From NCBI GenBank assembly GCA_963777315.1, contig CAVZQC010000004.1, forward strand, positions 160,001-224,000: a DNA stretch of 64,000 bases, in the 5' to 3' direction. The translations under genes were made by a program, and so were the position numbers. This DNA comes from Vulcanimicrobiota bacterium (GTDB taxonomy: Bacteria > Vulcanimicrobiota > Vulcanimicrobiia > Vulcanimicrobiales > Vulcanimicrobiaceae). This document shows, in pieces, positions 9,083 through 17,587 of this stretch; within the stretch, counting starts at the first letter, position 1; every line of letters begins with the position of its first letter. The notes beneath the pieces are model-generated. The model saw nothing but the letters and a program-made list of their open reading frames with translations, was not told the DNA's origin and did not search any database.

Positions 9083-9793
9083 ATGCCTTCCAACCTTCTA
9101 CTCGGCATCATGCCGGACAGCGAACGCCGGCGAATTCTGCCATACTGCGAAAGCGTCGAGTTGCGTCCACGCATGACGTTGATCGAGCCTGACGCGCCGA
9201 TAGAACACGTCTGGTTTCCCCATGGCGGCGTTTGCTCGAATTTGGTTCGAGTCCAGGGTGGAGAAGGCGTGGAAGTGGGCCTGGTGGGTCGCGAAGGCAT
9301 GGTTGGGCTGCCGCTGGTTTTGGGCGGTTTCGCTAATCCGTTTCACGTGATCGTTCAGGCCGGCGGCGTCGCCACGCGAATCGCCCGCGAGCCGTTCGTG
9401 CACGACGTGCTGGAAGGCGGCCATCCGCTGTGCGCCGCTCTGCTCAAATATGCGAACTTGTTTTTGGCAACCGTCGCTCAAACCGCCGCGTGCAACCGTC
9501 TGCATCAGATCGAACAGCGTTTAGCCCGCTGGCTGCTGGATATGCGCGTGCGCTCGGACGGCGACGATCTTCCGATAACCCACGAGCTGCTCGCTCTGAT
9601 GATCGGCGCGTACCGCCCATCGGTAACCAATACGCTCAAAGGCTTCGAGGAACGCGGCATCATTCGGGTCGGCCGCGGGCATGTCCTGATCTTGGATCAA
9701 GCGGCGCTTGCAGCTCAGGCGTGCGAGTGTCACGCGGCCATCCAAGAGCGCACTTCGCGCACGCTCGAACACATTCGATCGATGGCCGCATAA
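9083..9793 (+). CDS. Crp/Fnr family transcriptional regulator
   Basis: EVGLVGREGMVG, QTAACNRLHQIEQRLARWLL, THELLALMIGAYRPSVT HTH; alternative start 9068. Confidence 0.92.
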   Translation: MPSNLLLGIMPDSERRRILPYCESVELRPRMTLIEPDAPIEHVWFPHGGVCSNLVRVQGGEGVEVGLVGREGMVGLPLVLGGFANPFHVIVQAGGVATRIAREPFVHDVLEGGHPLCAALLKYANLFLATVAQTAACNRLHQIEQRLARWLLDMRVRSDGDDLPITHELLALMIGAYRPSVTNTLKGFEERGIIRVGRGHVLILDQAALAAQACECHAAIQERTSRTLEHIRSMAA

Positions 9794-10491
9794 TGCCCGT
9801 AGTCGGCAACGTGCTGCTGCGTTCGCTGCCGGCACACGAACTCGAGCGGCTGCGCCCGTACTTGCGTGACGTTCCGCTGGCATGCGGTCAGCGCATCTAT
9901 CGCGCCGGCGAACCATTGGGCGCAATTTGGTTTCCGCAAGACGGCGCGGCTTCGCGGCTGATTCAGCTGCAAACGGGAGAAACGGTCGAAGCGGGCATCT
10001 TCGGCAGCGACGGCGTGATCGGTATGCGGCTGGTGCTGCGCGGGCAGCACGGCTTGGGACAGTGCACCGTGGAAATCGAGGGCACGGCGCTGATGATGAG
10101 CGTACACGACTTCAACGCCCACGTGCGCGAGCGCGGCGGACCGCTGTACGAAGCGCTCCTCATGCATGCAGACCTCTACATCGCAATCCTCGGGCGGCTC
10201 ACGGCTTGCCATTGCCTGCACCCGATCGAACAGCGCTTAAGCCGCTGCATCCTTACGCTCACGGACTATGGTTCGCAGGATTGCGTGCGCGTAACGCACG
10301 ATACGCTCGCGGCATTTTTGGGCGTGCACCGGCCGTCGGTGACGTATGCCTTGCAGGCGCTCGCGCATGCGGGCGCCGTTGAATCCGAGCGGCGTCGCAT
10401 CGCCATCGTCGATCGCAGAACGCTGCTCGAGCGCGCATGCGGCTGCTATCAAGCGATTCGCACGCTGCGATCGCAGGGCCGAACCGCTTAA
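9793..10491 (+). CDS. Crp/Fnr family transcriptional regulator (tandem paralogue)
   Basis: TAATG overlap with previous gene; ACHCLHPIEQRLSR, THDTLAAFLGVHRPSVT. Confidence 0.9.
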   Translation: MPVVGNVLLRSLPAHELERLRPYLRDVPLACGQRIYRAGEPLGAIWFPQDGAASRLIQLQTGETVEAGIFGSDGVIGMRLVLRGQHGLGQCTVEIEGTALMMSVHDFNAHVRERGGPLYEALLMHADLYIAILGRLTACHCLHPIEQRLSRCILTLTDYGSQDCVRVTHDTLAAFLGVHRPSVTYALQALAHAGAVESERRRIAIVDRRTLLERACGCYQAIRTLRSQGRTA

Positions 10492-12029
10492 TCGACCGCG
10501 GCCACGGGCGGAGCGTTGCCGCCGCGGCGCGAGGGTCGCATGAAGATGACCAGCGGCGTGCACACGAAAAAGACGATCGCCGACAAGCGGAAGAGGTAAT
10601 CGTAGCTGATGACCTGTGAAGCAACGCCGACCAAGGTATTGAGCGTCGACAAGGGATAGCCGTGCGTTTGCGTCACGCCCGACGCCAGAGCGTTTTGCGC
10701 GATCGCGGCTTCGCGCGCAAGCAGCGTGGTCAGCACCGCAATTCCAAAACTGCCGCCGAGCTGGCGCAGCAGCGTGGAAACGCCGGTGGCACCGGCGAGT
10801 TCTTGTTTGGGAACCGCCCCCAGCGTGACCGTGGAGAGCGGCACGAACAAAAAGCCCAGACCGAAACCTTGCACCAAGCGCGGCCAAAACACGTCCCAAT
10901 ATCCCGCGTATTGGTTCAAGCTGCCCATCCACCACGTCGAGATGCCGAACACGATCATGCCGAACCCCACCAGCCAGCGCGAATCCACGCGGCCGACGAG
11001 CCATCCGACGGCGAGCATGCTGACCGCGGTTGCGACCGCGCCCGGCAACAGCGCCATTCCGGTGTCGAAGGCCGTGAACCCGAGCACCAATTGAAAGAAC
11101 AGCGGCAAGATCAAGGCGGTTCCGAACAACCCAAAGCCCGTGATGACGCCGATGATGTTGCCGATCGTAAAGGTGCGGTATTTGAATACGCTCAGGTTGA
11201 CCAGAGGATGCCGGTCGCGCAGCGTCTTGATGATAAACCACGTCAGCGCGACCGCCGCAATGATCGACAGCGTCCAGATCGTGTTGGACTGATACCAATC
11301 GTCGTGCTGGCCGCGCTCTAAAACGTACTGCAGCGAGGCCAGGCCCGCCGACATGAGCCCAAGGCCCATCCAGTCGATGCCGCCCTTGGGTTTTTTCAGG
11401 AAATGCGGGTTCGGAATGAACATCAGCGTCATCAGGAACGCCACGATGCCGATCGGCAAGTTGATGTAGAAGATGATCGGCCAAGAATAATTGTCGACGA
11501 TGTAGCCGCCCAGAGTTGGTCCGACTGCGGGCCCCACCATGGCGCCCAGTCCGAAGATCGCCATGGCGGCGCCGCGCTTTTCGGGCGGATACGTTTCGAA
11601 CAGAATGGCCTGCGCGGTCGGCTGCAGCGCGCCCCCGCCGAATCCCTGCAGCACGCGGTAGAAGACCAGTTGCCAAATGCTGTGCGCCGTGCCGCACATG
11701 AACGAGGCAATCGTGAAAATCGCCAAACTGCCGGCATAAAAACCTTTGCGTCCGAAAAACGCGGTCAGCCATCCGTTGAGCGGCATCGTGATGACGCTTG
11801 CAAGAATGTAGCCGGTCGCAACCCACGACACCTCGTCGATCGAAGCGCCGAGGTTGCCTGCGATATCGCTGAGCGCCACGTTGACGATCGTCGAATCGAT
11901 GATCGCCATGATGAGCCCGAGCATGACGGTGATCGTGATGAGTGCGATCGGCGCGTTGTGCCGCGCCCGGAACGGGTTGCGGCTTTTAGCGGGGGCGCCT
12001 GCTGCCTTGGCGGGGTACAACGCTGCCAT
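10488..12029 (-). CDS. DHA2 (EmrB/QacA) family MFS efflux transporter
   Basis: MAIIDSTIVNVAL, WVATGYILA, RVLQGFGGG, GPAVGPTLGG, IFYINLPIG; start uncertain (12038/12029/12020). Confidence 0.93.
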   Translation of the reverse strand: MAALYPAKAAGAPAKSRNPFRARHNAPIALITITVMLGLIMAIIDSTIVNVALSDIAGNLGASIDEVSWVATGYILASVITMPLNGWLTAFFGRKGFYAGSLAIFTIASFMCGTAHSIWQLVFYRVLQGFGGGALQPTAQAILFETYPPEKRGAAMAIFGLGAMVGPAVGPTLGGYIVDNYSWPIIFYINLPIGIVAFLMTLMFIPNPHFLKKPKGGIDWMGLGLMSAGLASLQYVLERGQHDDWYQSNTIWTLSIIAAVALTWFIIKTLRDRHPLVNLSVFKYRTFTIGNIIGVITGFGLFGTALILPLFFQLVLGFTAFDTGMALLPGAVATAVSMLAVGWLVGRVDSRWLVGFGMIVFGISTWWMGSLNQYAGYWDVFWPRLVQGFGLGFLFVPLSTVTLGAVPKQELAGATGVSTLLRQLGGSFGIAVLTTLLAREAAIAQNALASGVTQTHGYPLSTLNTLVGVASQVISYDYLFRLSAIVFFVCTPLVIFMRPSRRGGNAPPVAAVD

Positions 12030-12216
12030 GAAACTCATACTGGAAATTTTGGTTGCGCTGATCCTTCATCCAATCGCTTATATTCTGGTCCTCGTCAATT
12101 TGGCGGGCCGCGACGATTTGCCGCCAGCCGAGAAGCTCGTCTGGGGCGTGGTCAGCATCGTGTGGGGAATCGGGCCGATACTGTACGTGCTGGTCGGCGG
12201 AGGGACGCTCTGGTAG
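12028..12216 (+). CDS. small two-helix membrane protein (PLDc N-terminal-like)
   Basis: MKLILEILVALILHPIAYILVLVNLAGRDDLPPAEKLVW...GIGPILYVLVG; the KxxW...GPILY pattern resembles PLDc_N. Confidence 0.7.
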   Translation: MKLILEILVALILHPIAYILVLVNLAGRDDLPPAEKLVWGVVSIVWGIGPILYVLVGGGTLW

Positions 12217-12219
12217 GAT

Positions 12220-13245
12220 TTAATCGCCGTTTGCGTATCGCTGCAGCATCATCGCTCCGGCCGCCGCGCCCGCGAGCGCGAGCCCGCCCAACACCCACTG
12301 ACGGTTCATGATCAGCTCGGTTTCCCAACTGCGCGGTTTGGCCTTCGCGTCGAACTCGCCGTGCGAACCGAAATCCTTGCCGCGATCGGCCGGTTCGTAC
12401 AGGTTGTCGGGACGGTCCGGCTTGGTGGGCTCATTGGTCTGCTGCGACGTGTAACCGGTGAGCGCCAAATACACGTCGGCGACGCGCGGCGCGAATTTCT
12501 GCGCCAGGATCGCGAGCACGGAAGAAAAACCGACCCACATTTCGCGCGGCGTTTTGTGTGCCGCCCAGTAGACCGCTCGGCCCGCCACCTCGGGTTGAAA
12601 GATCGGCGGCAACGGCTGCGGATGGTTCAAGCCGCTTTTCACTCGGTTCCACGTGAACTGCGGAGTGTTGACGGCGGGCATCTGCACCATCGTGATCTTG
12701 ATGCGGCTCTTGTTGTGAATGAGTTCGCAGCGAATCGAATCGGTGAAGCCGCGGATTGCGCTCTTGGCTCCGCAATACGGCGACTGCAGCGGAATGCTGC
12801 GATAGCACAGCGCCGATCCGACCTGCACGATCGTCCCGCGATCGCGCGATCGCATGCGCTTCATCGCCGCCATGGTGCCCCAGACGTATCCCAAGTACGT
12901 GACGTCCGTCAGCCGACGCCACTCTTGCGGCGTAACGTCCCAGAACTCTGAGAACACGTTGGTAAACGCCACGTTGACCCAAATATCGATGGGGCCGAGC
13001 TCGCGTTCGGCTCGTTCTGCCGCACTCTCGACCTGGTCGGGATCCGCAACGTCGGTCGGAATGGCGATGGCTTTGGCGCCGAGCTGCTCGGCCTGACGCC
13101 TGGCCGCTTCGAGGCCCTCTTCGCCGCGTGCGACCAGGGCGATGTGCGCGCCATTCTTGGCGAATTGCTCGGCGACGGCCCGGCCGATACCGCCGGATGC
13201 GCCTGTAACGAGGACGACTTCGGGATTACGCGTTGGTGATGCCAT
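12220..13245 (-). CDS. SDR family oxidoreductase
   Basis: VTGASGGIG, catalytic YCGAK, C-terminal DNLYEP plus hydrophobic tail. Confidence 0.93.
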   Translation of the reverse strand: MASPTRNPEVVLVTGASGGIGRAVAEQFAKNGAHIALVARGEEGLEAARRQAEQLGAKAIAIPTDVADPDQVESAAERAERELGPIDIWVNVAFTNVFSEFWDVTPQEWRRLTDVTYLGYVWGTMAAMKRMRSRDRGTIVQVGSALCYRSIPLQSPYCGAKSAIRGFTDSIRCELIHNKSRIKITMVQMPAVNTPQFTWNRVKSGLNHPQPLPPIFQPEVAGRAVYWAAHKTPREMWVGFSSVLAILAQKFAPRVADVYLALTGYTSQQTNEPTKPDRPDNLYEPADRGKDFGSHGEFDAKAKPRSWETELIMNRQWVLGGLALAGAAAGAMMLQRYANGD

Positions 13246-13333
13246 ATTGGCAGTCATACCCGCGCATGCCGCGACGAAGACCTTTTTGCGCTTCATGGGC
13301 GGAAACGCTCGGGTCGTACCCTAAGTATTAGGC

Positions 13334-15229
13334 GTGCCGAATCGCGTAGTTCGCTTCACCTATTTCGCCGTTGCGGCGGCAGCTCTGGCCGTTGCAGGTT
13401 CCGGCCTGGTACGCGCGGACAACGATGAAACGACGCAAGGCGTGAACCCGGCTACCGTCGGGCTGCAGCCGTTGCGGGGCGCTGTACCGGCCGCAACGCC
13501 CGCCCCGGGTGAATCGCGGCTCGTTCGGCGCGAAGACGGCACCTTCGCCGCCGTGGCGCAGGTTCAGGACCGCACCCGAATTTTCCATCTGGTCGAACGA
13601 GACGCGCCCTGGACGCTGCAGCCGGGTTTGACGGTGATGGCAAAGACGTACGACGGCGTGGTTCCGGGTCCCACGCTGGTGGTGCATCAGGGCGACCGCG
13701 TCGTCATCGATTACCGCAATTCGCAGCCCGTTCCCGACACGGTTCACCTGCATGGTATTCACGGCATTCCGATCGGCATGGACGGCGTGGCCGGCATTTC
13801 GCAGCCTATGGTCGTCGACGGGGGCCGTTTTCGCTACGAGTTCACCGCCGCGCAGCCCGGAACGTTCATTTACCATTCGCACGACAACGAAGAGATGGTC
13901 AACAGCGGTCTATACGGAGCGATTGTGGTGCTGCCGACGCATCCCAGCGCGCAGGAACGCGCGGACCGCGACGACGTCGAGATGATCTCATCGTGGACGA
14001 TTCAGAGTTTGAGCGAAAATCACTTCACGCTCAACGGTAAAGAGTATCCCGCGACGGCTCCCATCAACGTGCGCAAAGGGCAGCGGGTGCGGATTCGCTG
14101 GATCGACATGTCGGGCGAAAACTTTCACACGATGCATACGCACGGGCACTATCAGCGCATCATCGCGCGCGACGCGCAGCCGGTCACGTGGCCCGACGTG
14201 GAAGATACCGTCACGCTCGGGCCGGGGCAGCGCGTCGACGTGATCGTCGTCGCGGATCAGTCGCCGGGGAATTGGCTGGTGCATTGCCACGTGCTCGATC
14301 ACATCGAAGACAGCCAGGGCAAGCCCGATGGCCTGGTGACGGTTCTGCATTACGAGGGTACGCCCAATGATGCCGGCGCGATGAATCGCGCGATGCGCAA
14401 GATGCTGCCGGGTTTCGGCAGCACGGGTCCGGCACCGCTTTCATTCGGCTTGACCGTGCTGCTTGGCGCAATCGCGGGTTTGACGATTTTCCTGGGCTTG
14501 CCCATTGCCCGCATGCGCAACATCTCTCCCAACGCGGTCGGCGCGCTGAATGCCGTCGCGATCGGCATTCTCGTGTATTTGGTCGTGGAGATCGCCGGTA
14601 ACGCGACCTCGCCCCTGGTCCGCGCCGCGCAGCAGTGGCACGCAGGATCCGGATCGTCCGCAAACGTGGTTTGGCTGGCCATCGCATACATCGGCGGACT
14701 GTTCGTGGGATTGGTCGGCTTGGGTGCGCTCGCCGCCCGTCTTTCGCGGCGCGCCGCGGCCGATGTGCACGATCCGATGCTGCTCGCATCGATCATCGCG
14801 ATCGGCATCGGCGCTCACAATTTCGCCGAAGGCTTGGCTATCGGCGCGTCGGCCGCCTCGGGCGCAACGGCGATAGCGGTCGGTTTGATCGTAGGCTTCG
14901 CACTGCACAACGCCACCGAAGGGTTCGGAATCGCCGCACCGCTCTCGGGTCGTTCGATTCGCCCTCGCCGGCGAGTGCTGCTGCTGGCGGGCATCGTTGC
15001 GGGCGGCCCGACGTTTTTGGGCACGGTCGTCGGGTACGCGTTTCACTCTCCGCTAATCTCGGTGCTGTTTTTAGCGACTGCGATCGGTGCGCTCGTCTTC
15101 GTGATAGGCGAACTCTGGAGCGTGCTGCGCCGCAGCCCCGGAATGACCGCGCTGATGACGTCCATGCTCGCGTGCGGGTTTTTCATCGCGCTCGCAACCG
15201 AAGTCGTGCTCGACCTCAACGGCGGTTAG
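13334..15229 (+). CDS. two-domain multicopper oxidase fused to a ZIP-family metal transporter
   Basis: Signal peptide; Cu motifs HLHG, YHSH, HTMHTHGH, HCHVLDH; then about 8 hydrophobic helices with ZIP motifs HNFAEG and HNATEG; one uninterrupted 631-aa frame. Confidence 0.9.
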   Translation: MPNRVVRFTYFAVAAAALAVAGSGLVRADNDETTQGVNPATVGLQPLRGAVPAATPAPGESRLVRREDGTFAAVAQVQDRTRIFHLVERDAPWTLQPGLTVMAKTYDGVVPGPTLVVHQGDRVVIDYRNSQPVPDTVHLHGIHGIPIGMDGVAGISQPMVVDGGRFRYEFTAAQPGTFIYHSHDNEEMVNSGLYGAIVVLPTHPSAQERADRDDVEMISSWTIQSLSENHFTLNGKEYPATAPINVRKGQRVRIRWIDMSGENFHTMHTHGHYQRIIARDAQPVTWPDVEDTVTLGPGQRVDVIVVADQSPGNWLVHCHVLDHIEDSQGKPDGLVTVLHYEGTPNDAGAMNRAMRKMLPGFGSTGPAPLSFGLTVLLGAIAGLTIFLGLPIARMRNISPNAVGALNAVAIGILVYLVVEIAGNATSPLVRAAQQWHAGSGSSANVVWLAIAYIGGLFVGLVGLGALAARLSRRAAADVHDPMLLASIIAIGIGAHNFAEGLAIGASAASGATAIAVGLIVGFALHNATEGFGIAAPLSGRSIRPRRRVLLLAGIVAGGPTFLGTVVGYAFHSPLISVLFLATAIGALVFVIGELWSVLRRSPGMTALMTSMLACGFFIALATEVVLDLNGG

Positions 15230-15258
15230 TCCGTCCCGGCCCGCGGGAACAATGCACC

Positions 15259-15954
15259 ATGAATATTGGTATAGTGGGCTCGGGAGACATCGGCCGAACG
15301 CTCGGCCGTTTGTGGGCAAAAGCGGGGCATCGCATCCTTTGGAGCTTCTCGCACGACCAGCACAAGCTCGAACAGCTCGCAGCCGAATGCGGAAACGGTT
15401 CCAAAGCGGTCACGCCGTACGAAGCCGTCAGCCATGCGGAAATGGTCCTGTTCTCGGTGCCGTGGAGGGCGGTCGACGACGCGCTCAAACACATCGGGCG
15501 TTTCGAAGGCCAGGCGGTCATCGACACGACCAATCCGTATATCGACGACGAAATGCACGTGCAGCAGTTCGACGAGGATTATTCCTCCAGCGAGTGCGTG
15601 TCCAAGAAGATGATCAACGCCAAAGTGATCAAGGCGTTCAACACGCTCAAAGACGAAACGCTGTGGGATCGGTCGGGTAAAGGCCTGGTCATCTTCATGG
15701 CCGGCGATTATCCGCTCATGAAGAAGAAAGTCGCGCAACTGATCGAGGACGCCGGGTTCGTTCCGTTGGACGTGGGACCGCTGCGAGAAGGCAAAAAACA
15801 GGAACCCGGAACCGATCGCTATTTGAAAGAGCTCACGCTCGAGCAAGCACGGCGGCTCGTGGACGAAGTGCCGAGCGATGCGCCCGGCAGCTCGCAGCCT
15901 TCGTCCAGCATCGTGGGCGAAATCGATCTCGATCAGCCCGTACGCAGGTATTGA
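15259..15954 (+). CDS. NAD(P)-binding F420-reductase-like oxidoreductase
   Basis: MNIGIVGSGDIG Rossmann motif, VIDTTNP, VIKAFNT, AGFVPLDVGPL. Confidence 0.88.
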   Translation: MNIGIVGSGDIGRTLGRLWAKAGHRILWSFSHDQHKLEQLAAECGNGSKAVTPYEAVSHAEMVLFSVPWRAVDDALKHIGRFEGQAVIDTTNPYIDDEMHVQQFDEDYSSSECVSKKMINAKVIKAFNTLKDETLWDRSGKGLVIFMAGDYPLMKKKVAQLIEDAGFVPLDVGPLREGKKQEPGTDRYLKELTLEQARRLVDEVPSDAPGSSQPSSSIVGEIDLDQPVRRY

Positions 15955-16898
15955 AAGCCCAGTTTCCCGCTGAGCACTCCGCGCAGGGTCAATTCGTCCG
16001 CCAAAGCGACGCCTTTGAGCGGTGGATCGGCCCTGCGGGAACTGCAGAGTTTCCGGTCGAGGCGGGACGCTACCACTTGTACGTTTCGCTCGCGTGTCCG
16101 TGGGCGCACCGCACCGTCATCACGCGCAAGCTCAAAAGACTCGAACGTGCAATCGGCATGACGGTCGTCGATCCGGTCCGCGACGAGCGGGGCTGGGCCT
16201 TCGCGGACGGCCCGGGCTATTCGCACGATCCGGTCAACGGCTTCCACTTTTTGAGCGAAGCTTATGTAGCGACGGACCCGCAGTATCGCGGTCGCGTCAC
16301 GGTACCGGTGCTGTGGGATACGCAGACCAAGCAAATCGTCAGCAACAACGACGACGACGTCATGCGGATGTTCGAAACCACGTTCGACGCCGTGGGCGAT
16401 CGCGGTGCGCTCGATCTCTACCCGCGCGAACGTCGAGCCGAGATCGATGCCCTCAACGAGTGGATCTACCAAACGCTCAACAACGGCGTGTACAAAGCCG
16501 GCTTCGCCACCAGCCAGCACGTCTACGAACATGCGGCTTACGACGTCTTCGAAACGCTCGACGCTCTCGAAGAGCGCCTGGCAACGCGCAGGTACCTTCT
16601 GGGCAACGAACCGCTCGAAACCGATTGGCGAACGTTCGTGACGCTCGTTCGTTTCGACGCGGTGTACTACGGTCACTTCAAGTGCAACCTGCGCCGCATC
16701 GTCGATTATCCGAATCTCTGGGGGTACTTGCGCGACCTCTATCAATACGACGGCGTCGCAGACACGGTGAACTTCGACCACATCAAACGCCACTATTATT
16801 ACACGCACGACGACATCAATCCCACCCGCATCGTTCCAATCGGACCGCAACTGGATTTGAGCGCGCCGCACGGCCGCGCATCGCTAGCATCGTCGTAA
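15951..16898 (+). CDS. glutathionyl-hydroquinone reductase (GST omega-like, YqjG/ECM4 family)
   Basis: GRYHLYVSLACPWAHR, RVTVPVLWD, NNGVYKAGFA, RFDAVYYGHFKCN, HIKRHYY. Confidence 0.93.
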   Translation: MKAQFPAEHSAQGQFVRQSDAFERWIGPAGTAEFPVEAGRYHLYVSLACPWAHRTVITRKLKRLERAIGMTVVDPVRDERGWAFADGPGYSHDPVNGFHFLSEAYVATDPQYRGRVTVPVLWDTQTKQIVSNNDDDVMRMFETTFDAVGDRGALDLYPRERRAEIDALNEWIYQTLNNGVYKAGFATSQHVYEHAAYDVFETLDALEERLATRRYLLGNEPLETDWRTFVTLVRFDAVYYGHFKCNLRRIVDYPNLWGYLRDLYQYDGVADTVNFDHIKRHYYYTHDDINPTRIVPIGPQLDLSAPHGRASLASS

Positions 16899-16907
16899 AC
16901 GCGCGCG

Positions 16908-17540
16908 GTGGACGTAAAATTCGCGCTCACGGCATTTGCAACGGTGTTCACGATCATCGACCCCATCGGGATGATCCCGCTCACGCTTGCCGCCACGATC
17001 TCGTTGCCGGCAAAGCGCCGGCCGAAGGTAGTCGATCAGGCCGTTCTGGTGGCCGCCGTCGTGATGCTCGTCATGGGCGCCATCGGCCGTCCGCTGCTCA
17101 ACTATTTGGGAATCACGCTGGCCGCGTTCATGATCGCCGGCGGAATACTGCTGTTTTTGATCGCGATCGATATGCTGTTTGCGCGTCCCACCGGCGCCAA
17201 GCGCACCGAGGAAGAAGAACGCCGCGCCGCCCTGGCTGAAAATCCGGCAGTTTTTCCCCTCGCCATTCCGATGATTTCCGGCCCGGGCACGATCGCTACC
17301 GTCATGCTGCTCGTCAATCTGGCGCGCAGCGATCCCGGCCGAATCCTCACGGTGATCGTCGCGTGCGCTGCGGCGCTGCTCATCACGTGGCTGTTCATGC
17401 GCGGCGCAACGCGCTTTCAGCACCTGATCGGGACGACGGGCATCCATGTCGTCACGCGGGTGCTGGGCATCATACTGGCGGCTTTGGCCGTGCAGTTCGT
17501 GCTCAACGGCGTCGGCGACTCGCATATTTTGCACCGCTGA
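16908..17540 (+). CDS. MarC family membrane protein
   Basis: IIDPIG, FMIAGGILL, VFPLAIPMISGPG, TRVLGIILAALAVQF. Confidence 0.93.
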   Translation: MDVKFALTAFATVFTIIDPIGMIPLTLAATISLPAKRRPKVVDQAVLVAAVVMLVMGAIGRPLLNYLGITLAAFMIAGGILLFLIAIDMLFARPTGAKRTEEEERRAALAENPAVFPLAIPMISGPGTIATVMLLVNLARSDPGRILTVIVACAAALLITWLFMRGATRFQHLIGTTGIHVVTRVLGIILAALAVQFVLNGVGDSHILHR

Positions 17541-17587
17541 AAGCACGGGCCAAGGGGCACCCCTGCGCCGCCGCAAACATTCGCTGC

